This document shows positions 19,774 through 29,637 of a DNA stretch of 64,000 nt, piece after piece. The stretch is from NCBI GenBank assembly GCA_021780535.1, contig JAJXYN010000009.1, forward strand, positions 303,923-367,922, given 5' to 3'. The translations under genes were made by a program, and so were the position numbers. This DNA is from a bacterium. GTDB taxonomy: Bacteria; Patescibacteriota; Patescibacteriia; JAGPKW01. Numbering within the stretch: position 1 is the first letter of the stretch; every line of letters starts with the position of its first letter. The notes beneath the pieces were generated by a model. That model ran no database searches. It worked only from the letters and a program-made list of their open reading frames with translations, and was not told the DNA's origin.

Positions 19774-20115
19774 ATGAAAAAATTATTATCAATATTAGTT
19801 ATTCCAGCATTTTTACTTTCATCATCTGCATTTGCTCTTGATGCTACAACTCCAATTAGTACTACTCCATCAACTACTGTAACATCAACACAAACAACCC
19901 CTGCTATAAATGAAAAAACTTTAAAAACAGATTTGCTAAAGCTAAAGAAAGCTGGAGTATTAATTAAAAAGGATGTTAAAAAGGATTTGTCTAAAACAAA
20001 GAAACAAAACATAAAAAGCAAGCAAAAGAAAGAAACCGTAGCTAAACAAAAAGCATTAGCTGCAAAAAAAACTTCAAAAAAGATAAATACGCCCACTATA
20101 AAAATAACTAAATAA
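19774..20115 (+). CDS. Secreted T-rich/K-rich small protein
   Basis: Signal peptide; TTPISTTPSTTVTSTQTTP then lysine-rich tail. Confidence 0.45.
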   Translation: MKKLLSILVIPAFLLSSSAFALDATTPISTTPSTTVTSTQTTPAINEKTLKTDLLKLKKAGVLIKKDVKKDLSKTKKQNIKSKQKKETVAKQKALAAKKTSKKINTPTIKITK

Positions 20116-20122
20116 TATAAAA

Positions 20123-20146
20123 ACACCGAAATGGTGTTTTTATATT
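20123..20146 (+). terminator. Rho-independent terminator
   Basis: acacc-gaaat-ggtgt hairpin + ttttta. Confidence 0.55.
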
Positions 20147-20249
20147 ACCTTACTAATTTACAAGAAGTAGACAAACAGTAGATAAATATGCTTTACTTTT
20201 GCCTTTTTTCAAGTTAATATAATAATACAATTTAATTTGCCTAAACTAA

Positions 20250-20400
20250 TACCAACAGGTGTTGGCATGGCATAAAATCCATAACGAACAAGCTAGGTCT
20301 TCTGACTAGTATTTTTCGTTATGGTCTACATTCGAAAGGATGTAGGGCTAAACCTCGAAAGAGGCATGCCAAAATACTTTGTCGGGAGGCCTTTTTGTTT
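20250..20400 (+). ncRNA. Candidate structured RNA (unclassified): closing helix ggcatg/catgcc enclosing a 10-bp helix with nested hairpin, a ctacat/atgtag hairpin with tcGAAAgg loop and a cctc-GAAA-gagg hairpin
   Basis: Multi-helix arrangement with two GAAA tetraloops, local GC ~42% in a 25% background, no ORF, ~40 nt upstream of a small gene. Confidence 0.35.
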
Positions 20401-20438
20401 CCTGATATTGAAAATCCATAACTAACTAATACAATAAA

Positions 20439-20672
20439 ATGTCTCTAAAATATTGTGCTTTATGCAAAAGAAATGTAGAGCCAAAAAGAGCAATAGGAAT
20501 TGGTACTTTGTTACTTGTTCTATGTACTTTTGGTTTCTGGTTGTTACTTATACCACTTTATCGCAAAAAGTGTCCTATATGTAAAACAACTTTGTTAAGT
20601 GGTATTGAAAATAGTATTGAAGATAAAAAAGTCGATGAAATTCAGATAGTTGAAACTTCTATTGATAAATAA
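20439..20672 (+). CDS. Small membrane protein with split zinc ribbon
   Basis: CALCK...TM hairpin...CPICK. Confidence 0.4.
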   Translation: MSLKYCALCKRNVEPKRAIGIGTLLLVLCTFGFWLLLIPLYRKKCPICKTTLLSGIENSIEDKKVDEIQIVETSIDK

Positions 20673-20691
20673 TTTTTAATACTAAATAAAA

Positions 20692-21783
20692 ATGGAAAAG
20701 AAAATATTACAAACAAATCAATGCCCGTTTTGCTTTAATAAAATAGATATTAGAGCAATTAAATGTGATAAATGTCGCTCTGATTTAACTACAAATGAAG
20801 CACAAAATAAGATTAGAAAAATATTAGATGAACAAACAGACAAAAAGAATAAAGAGACTGATAAAAATAATCAACAAAAAAGTCATACAATAAAAATATT
20901 TTTTTATGTAGCATCTTTCTTGTTATTTTTAGCACTAGTTTCGTTACACGCTTTAGGGTATTCTATATTTTTTGCATTAGCTATAGCTTTTGTTGTTTAT
21001 CAAGACAAAGTATTTAATATTATTGATAAGAATTATAAGATTGAAGAAAAAAATAAATTTCAAAAAACCATTAGAAAAGTTATTATAGGTTTTCTTGCTT
21101 TAATATTTTTAGGATGTTTTATAGCTTTCATGCAACAAGCAACAGAAAGCCCAGAACATAAATTAGCAAGGCAAAAAGTTGAACAAGAACAAATTCAAAA
21201 AACAAATGAAGCTAAGCAAAAGGCTGACGCAGAAGCAAAAAGAATAGCAGATGAAAAAATCAAACAAGAAAAAGCACAAAGAGAGCAAGAGGCTCCAGCT
21301 AAAATAACTAGCTTTATACAACAAGTTAAAGATATAAAAACTGATAAGAAATATGAAGATGTAAAAAGTATAGAACTTGAAGCAATATCAATTAATGCTT
21401 TTGGACAAATAATAAAAGAATATAGAGCCGATTTCCCAGATAATAAAGAAATACAAAATCTTACAAATCAATTGGAAACGTCTGTTAAAAATAAACAATT
21501 ATCTTTATTCCCAAATTTAAGAAAAAATTATGGAACTATTTCTAAAAATCTTCTTTGGGAAAATGATGTAGAAGCTAGTGTTTTTGGGACTGGAAATAGC
21601 ACAATAGAATTTGTTGGTGGAGTATTTGCATCAAATAAAAACATAAAAGAATTCTATTCTAAAATAGCAGATATGTTAAAAGAATTAAGATTTGATAGAG
21701 CTAATTTCAAATGGTATTCATATGATAATGGGTCTTATTATGAAATAGAAAGCTTAAAGGATGGAGAATTCTTGATTAAATAG
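20692..21783 (+). CDS. Membrane protein with N-terminal zinc ribbon and coiled-coil region
   Basis: CPFC...CDKC, 3 TM helices, KQEKAQREQE coiled coil. Confidence 0.4.
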   Translation: MEKKILQTNQCPFCFNKIDIRAIKCDKCRSDLTTNEAQNKIRKILDEQTDKKNKETDKNNQQKSHTIKIFFYVASFLLFLALVSLHALGYSIFFALAIAFVVYQDKVFNIIDKNYKIEEKNKFQKTIRKVIIGFLALIFLGCFIAFMQQATESPEHKLARQKVEQEQIQKTNEAKQKADAEAKRIADEKIKQEKAQREQEAPAKITSFIQQVKDIKTDKKYEDVKSIELEAISINAFGQIIKEYRADFPDNKEIQNLTNQLETSVKNKQLSLFPNLRKNYGTISKNLLWENDVEASVFGTGNSTIEFVGGVFASNKNIKEFYSKIADMLKELRFDRANFKWYSYDNGSYYEIESLKDGEFLIK

Positions 21784-21816
21784 AAAAAAATCTAGAGATT
21801 AATTTCTCTAGATTTT

Positions 21817-23247
21817 TTAGTCTATTATGTAAATACGAGGCGGTCCTTTGTATTCAGTAATAAAGTATATACAAGCTATTGTTAAAGCATCGACTAAATC
21901 ATCATGTTTAGTGCTTCCAAAATCTAATATTTGATTTATTAATTCTTTATTACAACCCTTAGGAAATCTTATAATACCTTCTTTTATATGATTAGAAATC
22001 ATATTCAATCTAGTTCTTTTATCCTTACCACCAAGACTATAAGATACAACACCATCTACACCATCCTTTTTCAATTGTTGTTCTATTGCTTGTTGATAGC
22101 CATTATTTTCTATAATTATTTTAGTTCTTCTTTCGTTATTTTCTTTAATATCTTTTAGTGTTTGTATTGTCTCAGGAAACTTCATTTTCTTATTTATAAT
22201 CTCAGGCATTACATAAATAATATTTTTATGACCATATTCTCCAACATCTTCTTGATAACATTTTATTGTAACTATTCCAGTATAATCAGCTGTATCTCTT
22301 TGAGATATAGCAGGATCTACTCCTGTTATATAAGTTAGGAATTGTCCGTCTCTATGAGTTATTTCATCATAATAATGTATCCATTCAGGCTCTATAATTG
22401 CATCATCATCAGGAACTATTTTTAACATATACTCTCTTTCAAATATTCTGTCATTAAAAACTTTCCTTCTCTCAAATTCTATTGCATCAGTATTAGGATA
22501 TTTTGATAACCAGTTTATAGTTCCATCATCTTCCATTAATTTTATTTCTTTATAAATGCCATCAATTTCATTAAGTTCTAATTTATCTTTCATTCTCATT
22601 AAAAGTGAATCTCTGTGGAGTAAATTACCAACAAAAATCATTCTAGTATTAATATCTCCAGTTGGAATAATTTCACCAGTAATCCAATCAAACATCTTAT
22701 TTCTACTTTCCATAGTTCTAACAGATTCTGTATCTTCAATATCATCACAAATAATAATTTGAGGCCTATTACTTTTATGTCTAATACCACGAATAGATTG
22801 TTCCATGGAAACTGCCATTATTTTTGCATCATATTCTGGAATTAAAATACATCTATTATTCCATTCTTTGTCTGAAATTGAATAACTATAATCTTCTTTT
22901 AACAACCTATTTTCTTCAAGTTCACGACGAATATTTATTAAATGTTGTCGCGCTTGTTTTTCTGTTTTTCCAAGAACAAGAATAAATTTAATATTATTAT
23001 TCAATATAGACCATATAGGGAATGAGGTAGTGATAATAGTTGATTTAGCAGAACCACGAAAAGCTACTATTACTAAATTTCTTATACTATCATCCTTAAT
23101 TAAACCAAATAATTCTTTATGAAAAGGTGCTGATTTTAACTTTAGATAATGTCTAAAATAAATTCCAAAAAATACCCTATTATCAAGTTTAGAGGCATAA
23201 ATTCTGGAAACTTTATTTTTAATTATATTGTCAAAATCAACACTCAT
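21817..23247 (-). CDS. Phage terminase large subunit
   Basis: VIVAFRGSAKST Walker-A-like ATPase motif; C-terminal RNaseH-like nuclease motif DDLVDALTIA. Confidence 0.8.
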   Translation of the reverse strand: MSVDFDNIIKNKVSRIYASKLDNRVFFGIYFRHYLKLKSAPFHKELFGLIKDDSIRNLVIVAFRGSAKSTIITTSFPIWSILNNNIKFILVLGKTEKQARQHLINIRRELEENRLLKEDYSYSISDKEWNNRCILIPEYDAKIMAVSMEQSIRGIRHKSNRPQIIICDDIEDTESVRTMESRNKMFDWITGEIIPTGDINTRMIFVGNLLHRDSLLMRMKDKLELNEIDGIYKEIKLMEDDGTINWLSKYPNTDAIEFERRKVFNDRIFEREYMLKIVPDDDAIIEPEWIHYYDEITHRDGQFLTYITGVDPAISQRDTADYTGIVTIKCYQEDVGEYGHKNIIYVMPEIINKKMKFPETIQTLKDIKENNERRTKIIIENNGYQQAIEQQLKKDGVDGVVSYSLGGKDKRTRLNMISNHIKEGIIRFPKGCNKELINQILDFGSTKHDDLVDALTIACIYFITEYKGPPRIYIID

Positions 23248-23249
23248 TT

Positions 23250-23618
23250 TTATAAATTATTTAATGATTCTTTTAATTCTTCTTTTTCTTCATCAGATAG
23301 TTCAATTTCATTCTTAATCTTTCCTGATAACTGAACTTTAGTTCTGAATTTCTCATGTCTATTCTTTAACCAGAATATTACAGCTGTAAGTTCATTATCT
23401 TTAATGTTTTGTATTAAAGTACTTTCTGCCATATCATTTATCAATTCAGAACCTCTTTGGATTGCATCATCAACTTTAGATTTCAATTCAAAATCTTTCT
23501 CTATCCAACGATAAAAAGTTTGTCTTGTTATTCCTATCTTCTTACAAGCAATTTCTATAATAGGAGCTTTCTCTAATTCTGAAATTAATCTATCTGTGAT
23601 AGCCTTAGTTTTTTTCAT
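23250..23618 (-). CDS. Phage terminase small subunit-like HTH protein
   Basis: IGITRQTFYRWIEKD HTH and AVIFWLKNRHEKFR motif typical of TerS; immediately upstream of TerL. Confidence 0.55.
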   Translation of the reverse strand: MKKTKAITDRLISELEKAPIIEIACKKIGITRQTFYRWIEKDFELKSKVDDAIQRGSELINDMAESTLIQNIKDNELTAVIFWLKNRHEKFRTKVQLSGKIKNEIELSDEEKEELKESLNNL

Positions 23619-24388
23619 AATTTTTCAGCTTTTAAATTAGTTAACTTTTCCCAACGTTTAATAATAACTTCACAATAATGTGGGTCTTTTTCTATTGATA
23701 TACACCTTCTTTTTGTATGCTCTGAGGCAATAATAGTAGAACCGCTGCCACCAAAACAATCATAAACAATGTCATTTATCCTTGTGCTGTTTAAAATAAT
23801 CTTCCTAAGTAATCCTATCGGTTTCATTGTTGGATGAAGACTACTACTATTTGGTTTTGGATAATATAAAACTGTTTTATCTTTTGAACCTATAAATTCA
23901 TGTTTTCCAAACCATCCATAAAGTATTAATTCATGCATGGGAAGCCAATCATTTCTTGTTATGGTGCTGTGATTCTTAACCCAAATTAATAATTGAGCTG
24001 TTTTAATTTTTAACTCATCAAATGCTTGTTTTAAGGCAAACAACATTTTGTCTGAATTAAAAACATAAATTAAGTTTTTATCTTCTAATTTTGATAAAAC
24101 TGGTTCAATATATTTCTTTGTAAATTCTACATATTCTTTATCTGTAGATATGTTATCGTTCTCAATAATTCTATCTACTTTTACATCAGCAAATCCTTTC
24201 TTATTTTCTACATAAGAAATACCATATGGAGGATCTGTAATTATTGCTTTTATCTTATTTTCTCCAATGACTTTATTTACAAAGTCATTATCTAAACTAC
24301 TTCCACATCCTAGAATATGAGAACCTAATCTAAAGATTTCTCCATTTTTAATTAAGTTTTTTTGCTTTTTGTCCTGTATATTTTTCAT
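23615..24388 (-). CDS. DNA methyltransferase (N6-adenine/N4-cytosine, beta class)
   Basis: IITDPPYGI (motif IV) followed by C-terminal DCFGGSGST (motif I). Confidence 0.85.
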   Translation of the reverse strand: MKNIQDKKQKNLIKNGEIFRLGSHILGCGSSLDNDFVNKVIGENKIKAIITDPPYGISYVENKKGFADVKVDRIIENDNISTDKEYVEFTKKYIEPVLSKLEDKNLIYVFNSDKMLFALKQAFDELKIKTAQLLIWVKNHSTITRNDWLPMHELILYGWFGKHEFIGSKDKTVLYYPKPNSSSLHPTMKPIGLLRKIILNSTRINDIVYDCFGGSGSTIIASEHTKRRCISIEKDPHYCEVIIKRWEKLTNLKAEKL

Positions 24389-25634
24389 ATCTTTTTATTA
24401 TTAATTTTATAAATTTAGGTTGTTTTTCAACTAGAAAACACCTTCTTTTTAATTGAATAGCACTTAGTAAAGATGAGCCCGATCCTCCGAATAAATCCAA
24501 TATTATGTCATTAACTTTTGTGCATCTTCTAAATGGTTTTTCATTTAAATCTAGTGGCTTGCTAGTTGGATGTTCATAATCACTAGCTGGTAATCTTTTT
24601 GAAAGCCAAATATTAAATAGATCTAATATGTCATCAGTTAATCCATTTCCAGTTCCTATTTCTTTATTTAATATTTCATTAAAATTTTTTATATCTTTAT
24701 TTATAAATGGTCTACCTCTAGTTCCGTATACACAAGATTCCATAACCTTGTTAAAAGCACATGAGACAACGGGATTTGCATTGTTTTTAATCCATAAACA
24801 AACTCTTTTATTTTCAATTCCATTTTGTTTAAAAGTGTCTTGCATTAATCCTATATATTTTTCATCACACCAATAAAAAACGTGGCAATCTTTCTCGCAA
24901 ACAGATAATCCATTTTTTATTGTTTTATCTATAAATTCAGAATATTCTTTATCACTTAAATTATCATCTATTTTGTCTCCATATTTTTTCTTTCCCCCTA
25001 CGCCTTTTTCATAATCAAGATTAATATTATATGGGGGATCACAGTATAAAATTCCAACCTTATTTTCACCAAGAAGTTTTTTCACAATATTTATATCAGT
25101 AGAGTCTCCATATATGAGACGATTATTACCAAGCTCAAAAATGTCACCGTATTCTATATCCAATAACTCCATTTCTTCATCTATATTTTCTAGTTCTTTT
25201 TCTTCATCAAAATTATCATCCTCTATTTCAAGAACATCGTCCCATATAGAGCTTAAATCTTTATCATCAAAACCAGATTCAATAAGCAAATCCATATCTA
25301 AGTCTTTTAATAAATCCCAATCCCATGATCCTGTATTTCTATTAAGTCTTAAGCAAAGTTCTTTTTCCTTACTTAAATCTTGGATATTCAAATACACAAC
25401 AGGAATTGTTTTATATCCAAGACTTTTAGCAATACTCCATCTAAAATGACCACCTAGAATTATATTTTTTCTATCTTTATACCCATTACAAATTACTGGA
25501 TCTATAAGACCGAACTTTTTTATACTATCTGTTAAATCAGAAGTTTCTTTTTTCGACCATTTACGAGGGTTAACCTCAATTGATTTTAAATCATTGACAT
25601 TAACCTCAACGATTTTTATGTTTTCTTTATCCAT
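24348..25634 (-). CDS. ParB-like nuclease domain fused to DNA methyltransferase
   Basis: N-terminal ParB-N motif (IEVNPRKWSKKE...GLIDPV), LYCDPPYNI, DLFGGSGSS. Confidence 0.85.
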   Translation of the reverse strand: MDKENIKIVEVNVNDLKSIEVNPRKWSKKETSDLTDSIKKFGLIDPVICNGYKDRKNIILGGHFRWSIAKSLGYKTIPVVYLNIQDLSKEKELCLRLNRNTGSWDWDLLKDLDMDLLIESGFDDKDLSSIWDDVLEIEDDNFDEEKELENIDEEMELLDIEYGDIFELGNNRLIYGDSTDINIVKKLLGENKVGILYCDPPYNINLDYEKGVGGKKKYGDKIDDNLSDKEYSEFIDKTIKNGLSVCEKDCHVFYWCDEKYIGLMQDTFKQNGIENKRVCLWIKNNANPVVSCAFNKVMESCVYGTRGRPFINKDIKNFNEILNKEIGTGNGLTDDILDLFNIWLSKRLPASDYEHPTSKPLDLNEKPFRRCTKVNDIILDLFGGSGSSLLSAIQLKRRCFLVEKQPKFIKLIIKRYEKYTGQKAKKLN

Positions 25635-25839
25635 ATTTTCGGATTAGATTAATTAGTTAAAATAGTGTTTTTAAAAACAAAAATGGACTATTTTGTAAGA
25701 ACTACAAAAGAGGGTTACTCTTTCATAATTTTTACAAAATAGTCCATGTTGAGGCGCAATGCCTCTCTAGTGTTTTAACACCTTCTATCAAACATTTCTG
25801 TTTGAAATATACAATTACTATTTAAGTAAAGTTTATATT

Positions 25840-26400
25840 TTATTTTGTTGTATCCTTATAATCAAAAACTATTCTCATATTCATCTTTTTGAAAACATCT
25901 TCATCTATAACTATTGGTAGCTTATCAGAAGACACAAACGTTCTTTTTTTGTTACTAGGCTTATCCATACTGCTAAACATAGCCTTGCCATCATTAAATA
26001 TAACTAGCTCATCTTTTTTCATAAAGAATCTTCCTTGTTTACCGTTTTTCTTACTTTTACTAATACCTCTTATTAAGTCATTTGTATTAGAATGAGTAAA
26101 ATTATGAGCCCCTATATCTGTTAAGCAAACACCTTCTACTTTATTAACTACCATTTTAATATCAAATCCGGGTTTATACATCTGTTTAATATTATCAGCT
26201 TGTTCGCTAATAATACTAGAAGTTCTTTTTATTATTTCCTCATCACTAGAAGCATTATCTAAACCAAGTTTATCAATGGCGAATAAATCAAATATAAAAT
26301 TCATTTGAATACCATCTACAAGATATTGTATCTTTAAAGAATCCATATTTGAATTTCTGTAATCTGTTATAGTTTTTGAGAAGGTAATGTTTTCATCCAT
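25840..26400 (-). CDS. Hypothetical protein (prophage region)
   Basis: ORF only. Confidence 0.3.
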   Translation of the reverse strand: MDENITFSKTITDYRNSNMDSLKIQYLVDGIQMNFIFDLFAIDKLGLDNASSDEEIIKRTSSIISEQADNIKQMYKPGFDIKMVVNKVEGVCLTDIGAHNFTHSNTNDLIRGISKSKKNGKQGRFFMKKDELVIFNDGKAMFSSMDKPSNKKRTFVSSDKLPIVIDEDVFKKMNMRIVFDYKDTTK

Positions 26401-26409
26401 TTTGTTTTA

Positions 26410-26652
26410 TTAAAATTTAGTATCTATTATCTTAGACTCATTACCATAAGAATCAGAATCTCTGAATTTATTATTTCTACCTTGTATTTTCAGTTCTGAT
26501 TTTTGATGTATTGCTATAGACCTTGCTTTTTCTATTGCTTCTTTTTGAGTATTGAATAAAAATGTCATTTTGCTATTATTTTCTCCCTTTACACCCCAAT
26601 CTTTTTTGCTTTTATTGTTTTTTAGTTTTACAACATATTGATTTTTTCCCAT
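26410..26652 (-). CDS. DUF2188-family small protein
   Basis: WGVKGENNSKMTFLFNTQKEAIEKARSIA...RDSDSYGNE fits the DUF2188 pattern. Confidence 0.5.
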   Translation of the reverse strand: MGKNQYVVKLKNNKSKKDWGVKGENNSKMTFLFNTQKEAIEKARSIAIHQKSELKIQGRNNKFRDSDSYGNESKIIDTKF

Positions 26653-26822
26653 TTTATTTTTTGTTAATATTTAGATTATTATTTGAACTTAAGCCTTTAT
26701 TGTCTGTATACCCACAATCTGGACAAGTTCCTTGTGGTTTTGGTTTTTCTTGGTTACAATTTGGACAAGGATTTACGTCCTTTTGATTTATTTCTTTATC
26801 AAACATAAATTTAGATTAATGG

Positions 26823-27134
26823 TTAGTACTTATTTTGAATATTATATTTTGGCTTGAACTTGAAAATTTCACTCTTTTCTAAATCCTCAGCTTCTTTTAT
26901 TGTTGAGCAGGTGCAATAATTAAAATGTGTAATTCCATACCACTCATTAGCTTGAATATGTTGTAAAAGCCTTCCTCTTACACCTTGCTCGCTTGTAGCT
27001 TTTCCTACATAGTCTACATTTATTGTACCCTGTTGATTTGCTTGTCCTAGGTAATAAATTCCTATAACATTTGAATTCCAATTAGAGATAGTATTCTTAT
27101 CATAACTAAATGGTCCTTTGTAAAATTGAATCAT
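26823..27134 (-). CDS. Small stand-alone GIY-YIG nuclease-domain protein
   Basis: GIYYLG...(10 aa)...DYVGKA, then R (VRGRLLQH) and downstream E/N residues. Confidence 0.55.
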   Translation of the reverse strand: MIQFYKGPFSYDKNTISNWNSNVIGIYYLGQANQQGTINVDYVGKATSEQGVRGRLLQHIQANEWYGITHFNYCTCSTIKEAEDLEKSEIFKFKPKYNIQNKY

Positions 27135-27338
27135 ATTTCTAAAATTACTTAATTAATTTATAAATTCTGACCTTTGAAGGAGAGATTTTTAACGCTTATA
27201 GGTAGTATACAATAAAAAAATATTTTTGTAAACAAGTGAAAGTGTTTTTTAAAAATATTAACTTATTTAAATTAAAACTTTACATATGTAAACTTTTAGT
27301 ATAAAATACTAGTAGATAACAAAGAAATCACACAAAAT

Positions 27339-27986
27339 ATGACAAAAAATGAGGAATTTTTACTTAAGAAAATAAAGGATAACAAATTAGACGGATTATC
27401 TCTTAGAGAAATATCTGATTTAATACCAAATAGTGCTGGAAATGCAGGAACAGCACAATATTATTTAGAAAAACTTCAAAAAAATGGTTATATAATTTGG
27501 AATAGAACAAGAAAGAAAATTGTTTTACTTGGTGAAGTTGTTAAACAAAACATAAAATCAAATGTTCTTAGGCTCCCTTTTTATGGATATGCTAATTGTG
27601 GAGAAGCTTTATCTTTTGCAGATAATACCATTGAAAGATTTATAGAAGTATCATCTCCAATTTTAAAAAACAAAACTCAAGATGATCTTTTTATAGTTCA
27701 AGCAGATGGAGATTCTATGAATTTGCAGGAAATTAATGGTAAAAAAATAGAAAGTGGTGACTTTATTATTATTGATAAAAGTGAAATCAATGATTTGAAA
27801 AATGGTGATTGTGTTCTATCAATAATAAATGGAATGGCTAATATAAAAATATATAATAAAAGTGTTAAAGATGATTATATAAAATTGGAACCAAATTCCT
27901 CAAACAAGAATCATTTTCCGATATTTATTCATGAAGATGGAAATTTCACTATAGCAGGAAAGATTTTAGAAATAATAAAAAAATAA
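27339..27986 (+). CDS. LexA/CI-like repressor (HTH + S24 peptidase domain)
   Basis: N-terminal winged HTH (LSLREISDLIP...YYLEKLQKNGYI); GDSM serine motif and downstream Lys in C-terminal S24 domain. Confidence 0.75.
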   Translation: MTKNEEFLLKKIKDNKLDGLSLREISDLIPNSAGNAGTAQYYLEKLQKNGYIIWNRTRKKIVLLGEVVKQNIKSNVLRLPFYGYANCGEALSFADNTIERFIEVSSPILKNKTQDDLFIVQADGDSMNLQEINGKKIESGDFIIIDKSEINDLKNGDCVLSIINGMANIKIYNKSVKDDYIKLEPNSSNKNHFPIFIHEDGNFTIAGKILEIIKK

Positions 27987-28035
27987 AGGGTTAAAACCCT
28001 TTATTTTTGTTAGAGTTCATTATTAATTCATTAAA

Positions 28036-29217
28036 ATGTCTAAAAATCTAAAAGAAAAACAATATTATGAAGACCTATATGATTCTGAAACAATAGAAGA
28101 TTGTAAGAGAATGTTTTGTAATTCTACTGATAGAAAGTTTTTAGACAAAGAAATTAATAAATATAAAGACAAGAAATCGGCATCAGAAATGTTAAATAAA
28201 TGGGCTGATACAGTTGATAAAATAGGTCTATATTTCTTTAAAGGAGATAGATATAGAAAAAGAGAAGAAACAATAAGAGAATGGATGGCAAAAGATAGAA
28301 ATAGAGACCAAAAACTGGAAAATACAAATTTGGAAAATATTAAATGTAAATATTGTAATACCCTAATGGATTTAATAGATAAAGATTATTTTCCAAAGAA
28401 TATTGAACCATTAGAAGAATCTATATTATTTATCTACAGTTGTCCTAAGTGTAAAAAATCTAGAGCAATATTTGAAAATAATGAGGAATATATTCCAAAA
28501 AAAGTATTATGTCCTAAATGTAATAATGAACTAGATGTAAAAGGAAATGCAACCGAAGACAAGCTTATAACAACTTATAAATGCAATAATTGTGATTATA
28601 TAAATATTGATGAGATAGAAAGATTTAAACCAGAAAATAAAGAAATAGATTATGAACAATTTCTAAAAAATAAAAAAGAATATTGTTTAGATGATAAAGA
28701 AGGAATGGAATATGTTTCTCAATCTATAAGACTAGAAAGTCTCACAAAAGAATTCGAGAAAGATAAAGAAAAAGAAAAACAGAAAGCAACATACGATAAA
28801 ATAAAAGAACTTAATAAACCCAAAATATTTGACTTACAAGAACTTTTATCAAAAGGATTAGAAAAATATAAGTTTGTTAAATTAAATTTTAAAGAACCAC
28901 AAATTGAGAAGTTTATCACTATAGAATTTACAATTTATGACTCAGAAAGCTCTAGAAGTGAATATGATGCTAAAAATATATTACAAAAGCAAATAGAAGC
29001 AATATTAAAAGAAACTAATTGGATTTTGATGAGTGATGGAATTAGCTATAGATTAGGAATGTTGTCTGGAAGATTAAAAGCTTATGAAAGAGAAGAAGAT
29101 TTAGTTGAATTAGTTAATAAAAGATTTAAAGATCTAAAACCTAAAGAAGAAAAAATAGACTCAAACAGAAAAGACTGGGTTGTGAAAGGTGCAAACGGAG
29201 AGGATATAACTTTATGA
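28036..29217 (+). CDS. Multi-zinc-ribbon protein, unknown function
   Basis: CKYCN..CPKCK and CPKCN..CNNCD; its 3' ~95 bp is duplicated at 36112..36207. Confidence 0.4.
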   Translation: MSKNLKEKQYYEDLYDSETIEDCKRMFCNSTDRKFLDKEINKYKDKKSASEMLNKWADTVDKIGLYFFKGDRYRKREETIREWMAKDRNRDQKLENTNLENIKCKYCNTLMDLIDKDYFPKNIEPLEESILFIYSCPKCKKSRAIFENNEEYIPKKVLCPKCNNELDVKGNATEDKLITTYKCNNCDYINIDEIERFKPENKEIDYEQFLKNKKEYCLDDKEGMEYVSQSIRLESLTKEFEKDKEKEKQKATYDKIKELNKPKIFDLQELLSKGLEKYKFVKLNFKEPQIEKFITIEFTIYDSESSRSEYDAKNILQKQIEAILKETNWILMSDGISYRLGMLSGRLKAYEREEDLVELVNKRFKDLKPKEEKIDSNRKDWVVKGANGEDITL

Positions 29218-29498
29218 TAGAAGAAGATTATATAACAACGGTTGGAAAAATAATCCCGCCTAAAGGCAAAAATAGAATGCCAATAAGATATTTAGTTTCA
29301 TACCCCAAGGAATTTAATGAAAGATTATATGAGGAATCAATGGAGGCTATTTATAAAATAATTTTTTATTATGATAAAACAAAAACTACCACCAATGAAA
29401 GTTGTGATTCCGCCCCAAGGAAAAAGAAGATTCTCAATAATAATGGAGGCATGCTTTCCAGAAAATCCAGGCCAAAGAGAACAAGAGGAATTATTTAA
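29214..29498 (+). CDS. Small protein carrying repeat unit 1 (IIPPKGKNRMPIRYL...); possibly the 5' part of a frameshifted gene
   Basis: Paralogous ~45-aa unit recurs in the overlapping +1-frame ORF 29371..29595. Confidence 0.35.
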   Translation: MIEEDYITTVGKIIPPKGKNRMPIRYLVSYPKEFNERLYEESMEAIYKIIFYYDKTKTTTNESCDSAPRKKKILNNNGGMLSRKSRPKRTRGII

Positions 29499-29595
29499 AG
29501 CAGTTGATAAAATAATAATCTCTGAAATTATGAAGGATATGAATAAAAATGACCCATATTATAAAGAATATGAAAAAATACTTAACATATTATAA
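29371..29595 (+). CDS. Small protein carrying repeat unit 2 (VIPPQGKRRFSIIME...)
   Basis: See previous; alternative start ATG at 29395. Confidence 0.35.
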   Translation: MIKQKLPPMKVVIPPQGKRRFSIIMEACFPENPGQREQEELFKAVDKIIISEIMKDMNKNDPYYKEYEKILNIL

Positions 29596-29637
29596 GTTAA
29601 GTTGTAGGATAAAAATAAGATTTTTAAAAAAACCAAA

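Noticed and set aside
20161-20400. Considered tmRNA, RNase P RNA, SRP RNA or 6S RNA for the structured intergenic element
   Set aside because: Too short for RNase P or tmRNA. No tRNA-like acceptor/CCA end. No SRP domain-IV GGAA/AGCA motif. Kept only as an unclassified candidate.
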